64,000 bases of DNA, from IMG/VR virus record IMGVR_UViG_3300042885_000751, positions 9,935-73,934 of that record; one strand, 5' to 3'. Positions within the stretch are counted from its first letter, which is position 1, and the number at the start of each line of letters is the position of its first letter. The DNA comes from a virus. Taxonomy: Duplodnaviria; Caudoviricetes. A program made the position numbers and the translations under genes. Below are positions 50,639 through 59,820 of this stretch, in pieces. Under the pieces are notes generated by a model, which ran no database searches, was not told the DNA's origin, and worked only from the letters and a program-made list of their open reading frames with translations.

Positions 50639-51224
50639 TTTTTGTGTTATTATAGACAGTTTCTATCCATTTTAGAAAATCTGCTAAGGGTAAATCACTT
50701 TTTGCTCTATTGCAGATTTTACAACAACTGACAGTGTTATCAAGAGTGTATCCTTTTTGAGAGTTTACTCTGTCAATACCATTATACATTACAGGTATAC
50801 CGGCTCTAACAGCTTTTGTAGTAGAATTTAATATCTGATAAACAGCAAAAGGTTCTACTTTACAGTAAATACAGTTCTTACTAAGAAGCTTTTTAAACTC
50901 ATCAAATGTCAAGTCAAAAGATAAACCTCTTTCTCGAGCATGTTTTTTATAAGAGTAAAGTAATGCATTATAGCTAGTGTCTTTATTCCGTTTACCTATA
51001 AGCTTATTTGTTCTGCAGGGAGTTTTTCCACAACAAATTGAATTACCATTTCTGATATTAGTCAGTTGTACTTTTAAAAGTTTTTTACATCTGCATTGCA
51101 CAAGCACTAGTCTTTTGTTTCCGGTACTAACACCTGCTTCACCTTGATAAGTAAAGAAAGTTGCTTTTTCTGTTGATGTGTAGATAACCTGTCCAGGTTC
51201 ATAATTTAGTTTATATTTTTCCAT
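50613..51224 (-). CDS. Free-standing HNH-type homing endonuclease
   Basis: QCRC...IRNGNSICCG N-terminal module; CIYC...NGIDRVNSQKGYTLDNTVSCCKICNRAK nuclease core. Confidence 0.85.
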   Translation of the reverse strand: MEKYKLNYEPGQVIYTSTEKATFFTYQGEAGVSTGNKRLVLVQCRCKKLLKVQLTNIRNGNSICCGKTPCRTNKLIGKRNKDTSYNALLYSYKKHARERGLSFDLTFDEFKKLLSKNCIYCKVEPFAVYQILNSTTKAVRAGIPVMYNGIDRVNSQKGYTLDNTVSCCKICNRAKSDLPLADFLKWIETVYNNTKNGTPLTTL

Positions 51225-51342
51225 AAGATTTAGTATTGTACATTACAAATATACAATAATAAATCTTATAATGTATGTAATCTTCCCATGTTCCTCCCCA
51301 CCTTTTTGCAGCAGATTTGGCATGCATTATTGGATGACTCAT
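51211..51342 (-). pseudogene. Orphaned 5' fragment of the DUF6915-like gene
   Basis: MSHPIMHAKSAAKRWGGTWEDY aligns with MAHPLQHCKSSVKKFGGQISDY of 50291..50638, then runs into unrelated sequence and stops after 43 aa. Confidence 0.8.
51223..51269 (-). promoter_or_regulatory. Hairpin over the HNH start codon with overlapping TAnnTTTG promoter element
   Basis: 18-bp inverted repeat with 1 mismatch (51223-51240 / 51252-51269); TATATTTG on the minus strand at 51246-51253. Confidence 0.65.
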
Positions 51343-51343
51343 T

Positions 51344-51748
51344 TTATTTAATGTATTTTTTAATAAGTTCTATTATACATGTTTCTTCAGCTATTTTTCT
51401 ATTAGAATAGGAAAAACTTTTTATTACATTTTCTTCATCAAAAGAAATAGTAAATCCAAATTCTGTTTTTCCAACTTGTTGTATTGAAATTAACCAATCT
51501 GTTTTTTCATCAAACCAATTAAATACAAAAGGTCTAAGTGCCGCAACACAAGATTTTTCAGTTGTATTTTCTAACTTGTCAATAATTTCATTTGTTATGT
51601 ATCTTGAATACCAGCCAACATGAGCATCTTTAATATACAACATAAGGCTCATTCCATCATAGCCTAAATCTTTTAATTGTTTTGAAAACTCATAATCAAG
51701 ATATCCAGTATCAATTTCCATTTTTTCTATTTCTTGTTTTTTATTCAT
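51344..51748 (-). CDS. Hypothetical phage protein
   Basis: 134-aa ORF; YEFSKQLKDLGYD...VFNWF pattern, coupled. Confidence 0.7.
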   Translation of the reverse strand: MNKKQEIEKMEIDTGYLDYEFSKQLKDLGYDGMSLMLYIKDAHVGWYSRYITNEIIDKLENTTEKSCVAALRPFVFNWFDEKTDWLISIQQVGKTEFGFTISFDEENVIKSFSYSNRKIAEETCIIELIKKYIK

Positions 51749-52140
51749 TATTTCTTATTTTTATCTTTTAAATTACCTTCATGATGATAATCTTCATACT
51801 CAGTTACTCTGACACTATTATTAATTGTATATGTACCAAGTTCTACATCAATATAAACATAACCACGACCACCTTCATCATTCCACCAGTCTTCTATATC
51901 ATCTAATAACATCTCTTGACAGTAATCTTCAATTAAAGTACTTAATCCACTATCAATATCATTTAATAAGTATTCTTGATCCCAATTTTCTAAATCATAA
52001 TAACCTATATCTGGATCTTGAGTAGCATGAACATATTCAATTGCTCCACTATCTCCAGCACCTTCATAATGTACTACAACTTTTTTAATACCATGATTAA
52101 CTAAGCCAAACATTATTTTTTCTAGTCTATTTTCATCCAT
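51748..52140 (-). CDS. Acidic protein (DUF6878-like)
   Basis: VHYEGAGDSGAIE and DWWNDEGGRG motifs. Confidence 0.65.
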   Translation of the reverse strand: MDENRLEKIMFGLVNHGIKKVVVHYEGAGDSGAIEYVHATQDPDIGYYDLENWDQEYLLNDIDSGLSTLIEDYCQEMLLDDIEDWWNDEGGRGYVYIDVELGTYTINNSVRVTEYEDYHHEGNLKDKNKK

Positions 52141-52149
52141 AACTTTTTA

Positions 52150-52569
52150 TTATTTAAACTTATAAAATTTACCTAATATATTACCGTTTAAATATCTATC
52201 AGACTCAAGTACTCCTAATACAAATTGATGTTTAGTTTCCTGGTATGATAATTCTAATTTAGTAGTACATATCATTAGTATATCTCTTTTAATTTTTACA
52301 TTATCTTTGTGTGCTTTTTTCAGTACTTCATTGCTACTGTAATAATTTTGATAAGTAGCTTTTCTTACTCTTTTATATGTCTTCAATCTCTTATCAGTTG
52401 GCATAGCCTTCTTACTCAGTTTTGTTTTAATATCTGCATAAAAATTCTTTTTACCAATATAACTAATTGATTTTCCATCTATTATTGCAGTCATATTATA
52501 AATAAAACCTATTGCATTTTCAGGAATCATATCTTCGGTAAAAATTTTACCTTTATATATCCAACTCAT
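52150..52569 (-). CDS. Small GIY-YIG family nuclease (T4 EndoII/Seg-like)
   Basis: GFIYNMT...YIGKK, YYSS, E..HQF, YLNGNI. Confidence 0.7.
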   Translation of the reverse strand: MSWIYKGKIFTEDMIPENAIGFIYNMTAIIDGKSISYIGKKNFYADIKTKLSKKAMPTDKRLKTYKRVRKATYQNYYSSNEVLKKAHKDNVKIKRDILMICTTKLELSYQETKHQFVLGVLESDRYLNGNILGKFYKFK

Positions 52570-52580
52570 AATTTTAAAAT

Positions 52581-52814
52581 TTAAGCATCACCTTGTGGTA
52601 TAATACTGCTACGTTCTTGTATAAATTTACCTGAGAATACCTCAGTTAATGTTTCTTTTACATTGATACCACCTTCTCTTTCAATAGTCTCTATCAATAA
52701 TACTACTGCATGTATAAGATGTGCAGGAGTAACTCCACTTATCTTTAAATTTGTAGTAAACTTTTCTGGTGCCTCTTTATCAAACTCATAATTTATTTTA
52801 ATCTTACCTTTCAT
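52581..52814 (-). CDS. Hypothetical protein
   Basis: 77-aa ORF overlapping the primase stop. Confidence 0.6.
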   Translation of the reverse strand: MKGKIKINYEFDKEAPEKFTTNLKISGVTPAHLIHAVVLLIETIEREGGINVKETLTEVFSGKFIQERSSIIPQGDA

Positions 52815-53790
52815 ATAATGTTTTATTAAGTAATAATAATACTTCTTCTTTTACTTTTTCAATACCGTGCACTTTAATAGCATCTGACACATCTTTCTCC
52901 ATATCAAGAATAATAAAATCAAGATTATATCTTTCTTTATATTTTTTCATAGAATTAATACCTGCTTCATCATTATCAAATAGTACACATATCTTTTTAT
53001 ATTTTTCTTTAAGTTTATTTATGCTCTGCTCTTTAATCATAGTGTTTTCACTATCCGGAGCAATACACTCTATATCCTTAAAGCCAAGCTTATTAAAAGC
53101 CATTATATCTTTCAATGAAGAAGTAATAACTAAATAATCTACTGTAAGTGATAGTTGTTGTGATCCTTGTATATGATTAGCTAACTTTAAGAATTTTTTA
53201 TTCATATTCTTAGGCTGATAAATCTTATACAATGTACCATCTTTTTTAAAATAGCCATACAGATTTAAGCCTGTAATAATAATTTCAGATGTAGTACCAT
53301 TAAGTTCAAGTCTGGTCATCTTATAATATTCTAATGCAGATACATTATATGCTTCTAGCATTTTAGAACCAATATGATATTGTCCCCAGTATTTCTGATC
53401 AAAGTTGGACCAATGCCTAATAGTATAATCAGTTACTTTATAATTTTCATAAGTTTTAATTTCAGGAGCTTTATAAGGTTTATGATCATCTAAGTATTTA
53501 ACATAGTCATTAACTATTTTATAAGAAACTTCTCCTCTATCTTTAATACCAAATATATATTGTACTAAAGCTATAGAATCTCCCTGATAACCTGATGAAA
53601 AATCTTTAAACTTATATGTCATTGTTGCAGCATCCATATAAATAATCATTGATGGAGTCTTTTCAGTTTTAAATACAGATTTAATCTTTATCTGCTGTCC
53701 GTCTAATTGTTCAGTAAGATTTAAATAATTCTCAAAGATCCAGATTGTTGGTACATCTTGGAATCTAATCACATTTTTAGTTGAAATCAT
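52804..53790 (-). CDS. dnaG: DNA primase (TOPRIM)
   Basis: EKTPSM...FKDFSSG N-terminal domain; ITSSLKD, LFDNDEAG, KDVSD. Confidence 0.8.
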   Translation of the reverse strand: MISTKNVIRFQDVPTIWIFENYLNLTEQLDGQQIKIKSVFKTEKTPSMIIYMDAATMTYKFKDFSSGYQGDSIALVQYIFGIKDRGEVSYKIVNDYVKYLDDHKPYKAPEIKTYENYKVTDYTIRHWSNFDQKYWGQYHIGSKMLEAYNVSALEYYKMTRLELNGTTSEIIITGLNLYGYFKKDGTLYKIYQPKNMNKKFLKLANHIQGSQQLSLTVDYLVITSSLKDIMAFNKLGFKDIECIAPDSENTMIKEQSINKLKEKYKKICVLFDNDEAGINSMKKYKERYNLDFIILDMEKDVSDAIKVHGIEKVKEEVLLLLNKTLYER

Positions 53791-53807
53791 ATCTTTTAAC
53801 TTTAATT

Positions 53808-53838
53808 AAAAAGGGAGCCCATTTCCTGACTCCCTTTT
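53808..53838 (-). terminator. Terminator after the SSB-like gene
   Basis: AAAAGGGAG...CTCCCTTTT stem. Confidence 0.7.
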
Positions 53839-53847
53839 AAACTATTG

Positions 53848-54528
53848 TTAGTCTAAATCAAAGTCTGAGCCAACCTTAGTTGATACCTCAAAATCATCTT
53901 CACCAAAAGTTTCTACTTTCTTAGCTTCTAATTTTTTAAGATGTAGAGCTTCAGAATATAGTAACTGTTTACCAGATCCAAGTTTAGCATATGCAAAACC
54001 ATCTCTAGAAGATTTTGGCAAATATAAGTCATAATTTGTATAACCCGTTTTACCTTCATATTCTTTTCCTGCAATACAGAAATCTAAATACTTATCTTGA
54101 TAAGGTGCTGTTTTATCAAATGCAGTGATGAACTCTTCAATTGTATTATGCTTATTATCTTGAGCATCAAACCAATCTACTATGTCTAATGTAGTACATA
54201 ATGATTTAATAAATACTAATATACTATTATCTCTAGAGATTTGTACACCTGATTTAGTTACTCCATCTGCAAATGCATATTGACCAGATTTTACTCTACC
54301 AATTTGACCTTTGTAATGACCAGCATCTGGATTTTCTTTATCCAACATGAATCCTTCAAATCCTTCAAGAGGTTCAGTCTCAACATTAAGTACTAAACTT
54401 ATACCACCTGGGATAAATTTAAAATCTTCACCTACTAAACTATTAAGTTTTAATTTGTGATTACCTGGAGTAATTGTTTTAGGTATTCCACTTCCACCTG
54501 TTCCTACATCTTTTGTTCCAATTGCCAT
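53848..54528 (-). CDS. Putative single-stranded DNA-binding protein
   Basis: Between Sak4-like ATPase and primase; beta-rich, acidic C-terminal tail ending DFDLD. Confidence 0.5.
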   Translation of the reverse strand: MAIGTKDVGTGGSGIPKTITPGNHKLKLNSLVGEDFKFIPGGISLVLNVETEPLEGFEGFMLDKENPDAGHYKGQIGRVKSGQYAFADGVTKSGVQISRDNSILVFIKSLCTTLDIVDWFDAQDNKHNTIEEFITAFDKTAPYQDKYLDFCIAGKEYEGKTGYTNYDLYLPKSSRDGFAYAKLGSGKQLLYSEALHLKKLEAKKVETFGEDDFEVSTKVGSDFDLD

Positions 54529-54547
54529 TTTTCTTATTTTTTATTTA

Positions 54548-55276
54548 TTATTTATATATCTCATCCCAGTGAGTAACTATTTCTCCTTTGTCATTAGCTT
54601 CACTAATAACTATTTCTGCATTTCTTAAATGCTCAGGTCTTGCACCACAAGTTGTTTCTTCATTAGTTTTAAATGATAAGAATACTTGATTACCTTTTCT
54701 GAACATATAACCAATTGCATCAGCATTTGCACAGATTAGAGACTTGATCTTACCAGTTAAATCTATATTAGCAGACATAACCATTTCACCTTTATCATCT
54801 ACTTGCTTATCTTTGATATGTCCAGATAGAATAATATGGTCAGCTAAAGTATCTACATAGTTTAAAACATCAAAAAATGCTTCTCTCACATATAAATAAC
54901 CAGCTCCATTTGGTAAAGTAATTACATTATCTCCATCAAAGTTTTTACCCATACTAGTGGCTTTATACTTTTTGACAGCTAATGGCATTACCATTTCTTC
55001 TAATGCAGTTACAGTATCAATAGTAATAAACTTATAAGGTTTACCAGCTTCAACTACTTGTTTACCAATTGCTAGCAACTCTTTAAGATTACCTGCTTTA
55101 ACCTTTAATGCATCTACATAATCAGTCCCATTTTCCAAATCAATAATTAAATTATCTTCTAAACCAGCAAATGCAGTAGTTTTACCTGTCTTTGGTTTAG
55201 AATAAATAATTAATCTTTTTGGATTGACTCTTGTTGCACTCACTTTCTTAGTGGGCAATACTAATCCTTCACTCAT
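54548..55276 (-). CDS. Sak4-like / AAA_24 ATPase
   Basis: YSKPKTGKTT Walker A, IIDLENG, ITIDTVT, SGH, ADAIGY. Confidence 0.8.
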   Translation of the reverse strand: MSEGLVLPTKKVSATRVNPKRLIIYSKPKTGKTTAFAGLEDNLIIDLENGTDYVDALKVKAGNLKELLAIGKQVVEAGKPYKFITIDTVTALEEMVMPLAVKKYKATSMGKNFDGDNVITLPNGAGYLYVREAFFDVLNYVDTLADHIILSGHIKDKQVDDKGEMVMSANIDLTGKIKSLICANADAIGYMFRKGNQVFLSFKTNEETTCGARPEHLRNAEIVISEANDKGEIVTHWDEIYK

Positions 55277-55280
55277 ACTT

Positions 55281-55835
55281 TCATTTTATTAAATCATTTA
55301 ACCATTTTTTATTACTTACTGGCTTCTTTAATAGAATGGCAGCTAGATCTCTTACAGTTAAACTGCTTAAAGGAGCATCTAAATCTGAATCCATTAAATC
55401 ATCAAAATCAGGAAATAACCCTTGCGTTTCAGTATTCTTAGTTTCAGTTTTAGTTTCAGGTTTAATTTTTATCAGTTCAGATACAGGAATTAGATACCTT
55501 ACATGCCCATTTGCATTAGCATCTGTAGTTTCATACTCCTCATCATAAAATGAATTATAACTCCATTTATACAGTGTTCTTGTTGGGTCTTCAGAATCTA
55601 GTGCAATACTTACGTATTCAGTATAGATGTCTTCTCCTTTTGATAATTCACTCTTAAAGAATCCCATATATAAATCATCTTTACCATATGGTCTATAAGC
55701 ACATTTAGGAATATATAGTGGACTACTTATACCTAATGCATCAAATACTTTTTGATGGTGTTTTACCAGCTCTTCAGTTTTTTCTTTTCTGTTAAAACCA
55801 GCATTATTACTGGTGTCTTTTGTTGTTAATGCCAT
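55281..55835 (-). CDS. Hypothetical replication-region protein
   Basis: 184 aa; C-terminal LTVRDLAAILLKKPVSNKKWLNDLI module. Confidence 0.7.
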   Translation of the reverse strand: MALTTKDTSNNAGFNRKEKTEELVKHHQKVFDALGISSPLYIPKCAYRPYGKDDLYMGFFKSELSKGEDIYTEYVSIALDSEDPTRTLYKWSYNSFYDEEYETTDANANGHVRYLIPVSELIKIKPETKTETKNTETQGLFPDFDDLMDSDLDAPLSSLTVRDLAAILLKKPVSNKKWLNDLIK

Positions 55836-55842
55836 ATATTAA

Positions 55843-56847
55843 TTATTTGGTTCCAATTCTTTTTTCTTGTTGAGCTGGAGTATTCATTTCTGCTATACTC
55901 ATTTTCTCAAATTCAGCTTTAAAGAAACTTAATCTAGTATCACCATTTCTACATTTAAGAAAGTGTAATACCATTACCCTATCATTTTCAATTATATATC
56001 TATCAGGACCATAGAATCTGATCTTCTGTTTAGCTGGTCTATTAATACCAATTACAGTATCTGCATGTTGTAATAAAGCATCAGCACCAAATATATCTGA
56101 TTCTAATACATAATTACCATACTTTCCATCTTCTGATCTCTCAGGATTATCTATATTTCTGTTTAATTGACTTAATATAATGAATGCTATCGGGTAAACT
56201 CTTTTAAGATTTGTTAATGCTTCACCAAGGTTATTTAAAGTTTCATTCTTATCTCTTTCAGTTTGTGCTTTTTTTACAAGTAAGGAATGGTCAAGAGAAA
56301 TTAAAGTCTTTTTATATTTTCTTATACCTTCTTCATCTACTTCAGAATAATGTGACATATACTCATGTATAGTTCTGATAAATTCATCTACTGTACATGG
56401 TTTTTCTACTATATCAATGGGATACTTAATCTTTTGCTTAGCATAATCATAGCATTTCTGTAAATCTTCATTTGATAATTGACCATCTGCACTACATAAA
56501 TACTTGTATGACTTACCAATAATACTTGAATATTCTCTAATTGCAGATGACCTAGCTAACATCTCAAATTGAAACTGTAATACTCTAAAGTCTTCTGCAG
56601 GATTAAGAATAAAAGATTCTCTTATAATCTGCTCAACTATTAAAGTCTTTCCTGAAGCAGGTCTTCCTCCAATTACAGTCATAGTATTCCATTCAATACC
56701 ATCAGTCATTGCATCATTAAACTTAGGCCATGGTGTTCTAAGACTTTTAATCTCACCTACCATTCTGCCTTTTAAATAATGTAATGATTCTTGAAAACCT
56801 TCTTTTTGACTAACCCATTTAGAATTAGTAGTTTGCTTAAGTGCCAT
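55843..56847 (-). CDS. dnaB: DnaB-like replicative helicase
   Basis: GGRPASGKT, FQFEM, LDH, LSQLNR, SDIFGADALLQHAD, KCRNG; ATG at 56847 preferred over TTG at 56853. Confidence 0.9.
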   Translation of the reverse strand: MALKQTTNSKWVSQKEGFQESLHYLKGRMVGEIKSLRTPWPKFNDAMTDGIEWNTMTVIGGRPASGKTLIVEQIIRESFILNPAEDFRVLQFQFEMLARSSAIREYSSIIGKSYKYLCSADGQLSNEDLQKCYDYAKQKIKYPIDIVEKPCTVDEFIRTIHEYMSHYSEVDEEGIRKYKKTLISLDHSLLVKKAQTERDKNETLNNLGEALTNLKRVYPIAFIILSQLNRNIDNPERSEDGKYGNYVLESDIFGADALLQHADTVIGINRPAKQKIRFYGPDRYIIENDRVMVLHFLKCRNGDTRLSFFKAEFEKMSIAEMNTPAQQEKRIGTK

Positions 56848-56856
56848 ATACAATAA

Positions 56857-57033
56857 TTAAATAATTTTTACTTTTACTCTATTATATGTAGTATGTAATA
56901 CACTAATTAATACCTCAATTAATATAAACGGGATTATATTAATCTCAATAATAAATGTATTAGTAACTAAATATCCTAATAGAACTCCTACTATGGCACA
57001 AAACCCTAGTATTAATCTGGATGATTTATACAT
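56857..57033 (-). CDS. Small two-helix membrane protein (58 aa), not in ORF track
   Basis: MYKSSRLILGFCAIVGVLLGYLVTNTFIIEINIIPFILIEVLISVLHTTYNRVKVKII; TAATG-coupled to the upstream gene. Confidence 0.7.
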   Translation of the reverse strand: MYKSSRLILGFCAIVGVLLGYLVTNTFIIEINIIPFILIEVLISVLHTTYNRVKVKII

Positions 57034-57623
57034 TATACTACCCTTTCTTTAAAATGTGTTTGTGATGGATCATCTGACCCATTTAATAACATATCACAAT
57101 AATTTGCTAATTCAGAATCATAAGTTTTATCTGAGCCTTGCTTTCTAATAAAGTATTGAGATGTTCTCATATACTTATATCCTGTTGCTTCATACTCATC
57201 AACATATGTCTTTGTAGCATTAATTACTGTTTCCCATGTATAAGTATGTGATTCAAAGAACCATCTAAAGTTATTCTCTAAATTCTTTTTATCTGACCTT
57301 GCATATTTACCACTTGGTAGCTTAAATTTAGGAAAAATATCTAAATAAACATCAATATTTTCCATAAAATTATCACCCATCAATGTTGCACTTGTTTTCT
57401 TTTTGCTATTCTTGAAATAAGACTCTAGTTCTTGTAAAAGAATAATTGCCTTACCTGCTAGTTTCATATCAGCTTCTAACCAGTCTGTTGACTGTAAGCG
57501 TTTTACCTCTAATGCATCATTGATAAAATCATTAGTTTTAATTTTATGCTTAATACAATAGAGTATATACAATTGATTTGGACTCAACTGTTTCTTTATT
57601 AATAAATTAAAAATTTCATCCAT
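57033..57623 (-). CDS. Putative replication initiator/helicase loader-like protein
   Basis: N-terminal winged-helix-like region; VINATKTYV...YMRTSQYFI; just upstream of helicase. Confidence 0.45.
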   Translation of the reverse strand: MDEIFNLLIKKQLSPNQLYILYCIKHKIKTNDFINDALEVKRLQSTDWLEADMKLAGKAIILLQELESYFKNSKKKTSATLMGDNFMENIDVYLDIFPKFKLPSGKYARSDKKNLENNFRWFFESHTYTWETVINATKTYVDEYEATGYKYMRTSQYFIRKQGSDKTYDSELANYCDMLLNGSDDPSQTHFKERVV

Positions 57624-57624
57624 A

Positions 57625-58338
57625 TTACCATTTTATATCAAAATTATAATTCTTTTTTGTAATCTCAGAAGTTTTTCTAAATACATCATCACAGGGCCAT
57701 TTCTTTTTACCTAAAGATATAGCATTCATAGGATGAGTTAAAATAAATAAAGGATCTTTTTCAGATAAGTAATCAATTAACTGTTCTGAAGTTCTTCCTA
57801 TCAAAATATAACATAATCCAGGATTGTAGATTTTAAGGTAATCTAATAAATATGCCATCATTGGTCTCCATAATTTCACATGTGAATTTGGTTTGCCTAT
57901 TGTAGTAGTAAGGGCACTATTTAACATTAGAATACCTTGGTTACTCCATCTCTTTAAGTCTTTGTCAGTAGAAATGCTCTCAGACTCATATACAGTATCA
58001 TTAACAGCTTGTAATAAATATTCCAATGCTGGTAATGGTTTCTTTTCAAAAGCACATGAGAAGGCAAGTCCATCAGATTGCTCAATCCCATTATAAGGAT
58101 CTTGTCCAATAAGCACTACCTTGAGTTCATCATATGGACATTCTTCAAATGCTCTAAACACATACTTCATAAATGGAGTGAACCGTCTATCTTCCTGTGA
58201 ATCTTTTATCAATGTCAATAAAATAGTATCAAACTCACTACTAAATATAAATCCTCTGAGAACTCTTGCCCATCCTGATTCAATTAGTTTTGTATTTAAT
58301 TTCTCTTTTATTTCATTTATGTTTATATTTGTTGTCAT
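57625..58338 (-). CDS. ung: Uracil-DNA glycosylase, family 1
   Basis: VVLIGQDPY, GLAFS, WSNQGILMLNSALT, SH..LW, THP motifs. Confidence 0.92.
   Translation of the reverse strand: MTTNININEIKEKLNTKLIESGWARVLRGFIFSSEFDTILLTLIKDSQEDRRFTPFMKYVFRAFEECPYDELKVVLIGQDPYNGIEQSDGLAFSCAFEKKPLPALEYLLQAVNDTVYESESISTDKDLKRWSNQGILMLNSALTTTIGKPNSHVKLWRPMMAYLLDYLKIYNPGLCYILIGRTSEQLIDYLSEKDPLFILTHPMNAISLGKKKWPCDDVFRKTSEITKKNYNFDIKW
58324..58331 (+). promoter_or_regulatory. Candidate TAnnTTTG promoter for the lone + strand gene
   Basis: TATATTTG 28 nt upstream of ATG 58359, inside the first codons of ung on the opposite strand. Confidence 0.5.
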
Positions 58339-58358
58339 ACTAATTAAAATTTTAAGCC

Positions 58359-58679
58359 ATGGCTATAAAAGTAAAAGAATTAAAAGATGATGCTCAAATC
58401 AGTGTCCCAGTAAACAAAGCATATTACTTCATGTTGAAGAATAACTTGTTTTATTTATACAATCAAATTCAATTGGCTGGTCCAGAAGCTTCTGAAAAGT
58501 CATTTGAAACTATTAAAGAAGCAGATTACTCAAAGATGTCTCAAGTTGAGCAATCTTTTTATACTGTTACTTTAATGATAGCTGAAATTGAGAGACTTGC
58601 TTTAGAGCAAAATCTTTTTGATGAGAAAGAGGTACTTGAACCTACAGATGAAGGTTATGTTGAGCCTACGCTAGATTAA
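58359..58679 (+). CDS. Acidic hypothetical protein oriented against the surrounding block
   Basis: 106-aa ORF with normal composition filling the gap between ung and 58666..59052. Confidence 0.75.
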   Translation: MAIKVKELKDDAQISVPVNKAYYFMLKNNLFYLYNQIQLAGPEASEKSFETIKEADYSKMSQVEQSFYTVTLMIAEIERLALEQNLFDEKEVLEPTDEGYVEPTLD

Positions 58680-59052
58680 TATTGTATTCCGCTCCTATTT
58701 CTATACATGCTTGAACAGCTTGGGATAGCTCATCACTTGAACACTCAGCAAATGATTTGCACATCTCAAGCTTTTTACCTTCATCATTTACATCAAAGCA
58801 TAATCCTGCTTGTGTTTTAACAAGCTTTTTCATTTCATCAAATGTATATCCTGATTCTTTTGCCATTTCTCTAATACATACGTGTATTTTTGAGATTTGT
58901 GCATAAGATCCAGCTTTACCTTGAATACTAATAAACATTTCCAATTCTTCACCTTCTTCTACTAATTTTACAAATTCAGCATAAGCTAAACTTTCTTTTT
59001 CAGTTCTGTAGGTAAGTTTTCCGTTTTTCTTAATAAATTTTGCACTAAACAT
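58666..59052 (-). CDS. NinB/YbcN-like protein
   Basis: SYAQISKIHVCIREMAKESGYTFDEMKKLVK...KSFAECSSDELSQAVQ pattern. Confidence 0.55.
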   Translation of the reverse strand: MFSAKFIKKNGKLTYRTEKESLAYAEFVKLVEEGEELEMFISIQGKAGSYAQISKIHVCIREMAKESGYTFDEMKKLVKTQAGLCFDVNDEGKKLEMCKSFAECSSDELSQAVQACIEIGAEYNINLA

Positions 59053-59070
59053 GTTGGTTTGTTTTAAAGG

Positions 59071-59328
59071 TTATAATGGTATTTTACTCCATTTCTTAAA
59101 TAAGTCAATAATTAATATTACATCTTCAATGTCTGTCATAGCAACACCCCAAGAGTGTTCATATACTTTCCACTGATTATTATTTATCTCATCACTTTCA
59201 TTTGATACTAGTATTACATCAGAGTTTATTTCATATGAGTAATAGTAATAATCATTTTTGTCACCGGATTCTTCTTTAGTAACAATTACTTTATCAAATC
59301 CTGCTTCAGTTAATTCTTGCTGTTTCAT
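59071..59328 (-). CDS. Hypothetical protein
   Basis: 85-aa ORF, coupled. Confidence 0.65.
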   Translation of the reverse strand: MKQQELTEAGFDKVIVTKEESGDKNDYYYYSYEINSDVILVSNESDEINNNQWKVYEHSWGVAMTDIEDVILIIDLFKKWSKIPL

Positions 59329-59528
59329 TTTTGTAATTTTTTTTCTATTAACTTATCAATATAATCTTCAGCCTCCATTGCTGTAGAGAATAGTATAATA
59401 AATCCTTGTGAATCTCTACTATATCTCCAAAAGCCAAAAAAGCCTTCTTTAGTTTGTACAAAATACCCACCATATGAGTATTGTGATTTTAATATTTTAT
59501 ATTTTGTCTTCATATTACTACTGACCAA
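59325..59528 (-). CDS. Hypothetical protein
   Basis: 67-aa ORF (start may be the internal MKTKY). Confidence 0.6.
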   Translation of the reverse strand: MVSSNMKTKYKILKSQYSYGGYFVQTKEGFFGFWRYSRDSQGFIILFSTAMEAEDYIDKLIEKKLQK

Positions 59529-59529
59529 G

Positions 59530-59751
59530 TTAATAATTAATTGTTTGTGTGTAAAATCCTGTGCTTGCTTTTTTTTCTATGTATTCTCTGTGTAATTTTC
59601 TATGATTATGTTTTTTAATTATCATAGAATTATTTACAGGTGATCTTTTTATTATTTTTGCTTTTCTCAACTTACTTGTTTTATTTATCACCTTATAATT
59701 TAACCATTTAAGCATTAATACAACTCCATATAAATCTTCCATATCAGTCAC
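59530..59751 (-). CDS. Hypothetical basic protein
   Basis: 73-aa ORF. Confidence 0.5.
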   Translation of the reverse strand: MTDMEDLYGVVLMLKWLNYKVINKTSKLRKAKIIKRSPVNNSMIIKKHNHRKLHREYIEKKASTGFYTQTINY

Positions 59752-59820
59752 TATTTTTAATTTGATAATAAATAATACATACTACTACAATTACTATTAA
59801 CAATAAAACCATCATAATAT

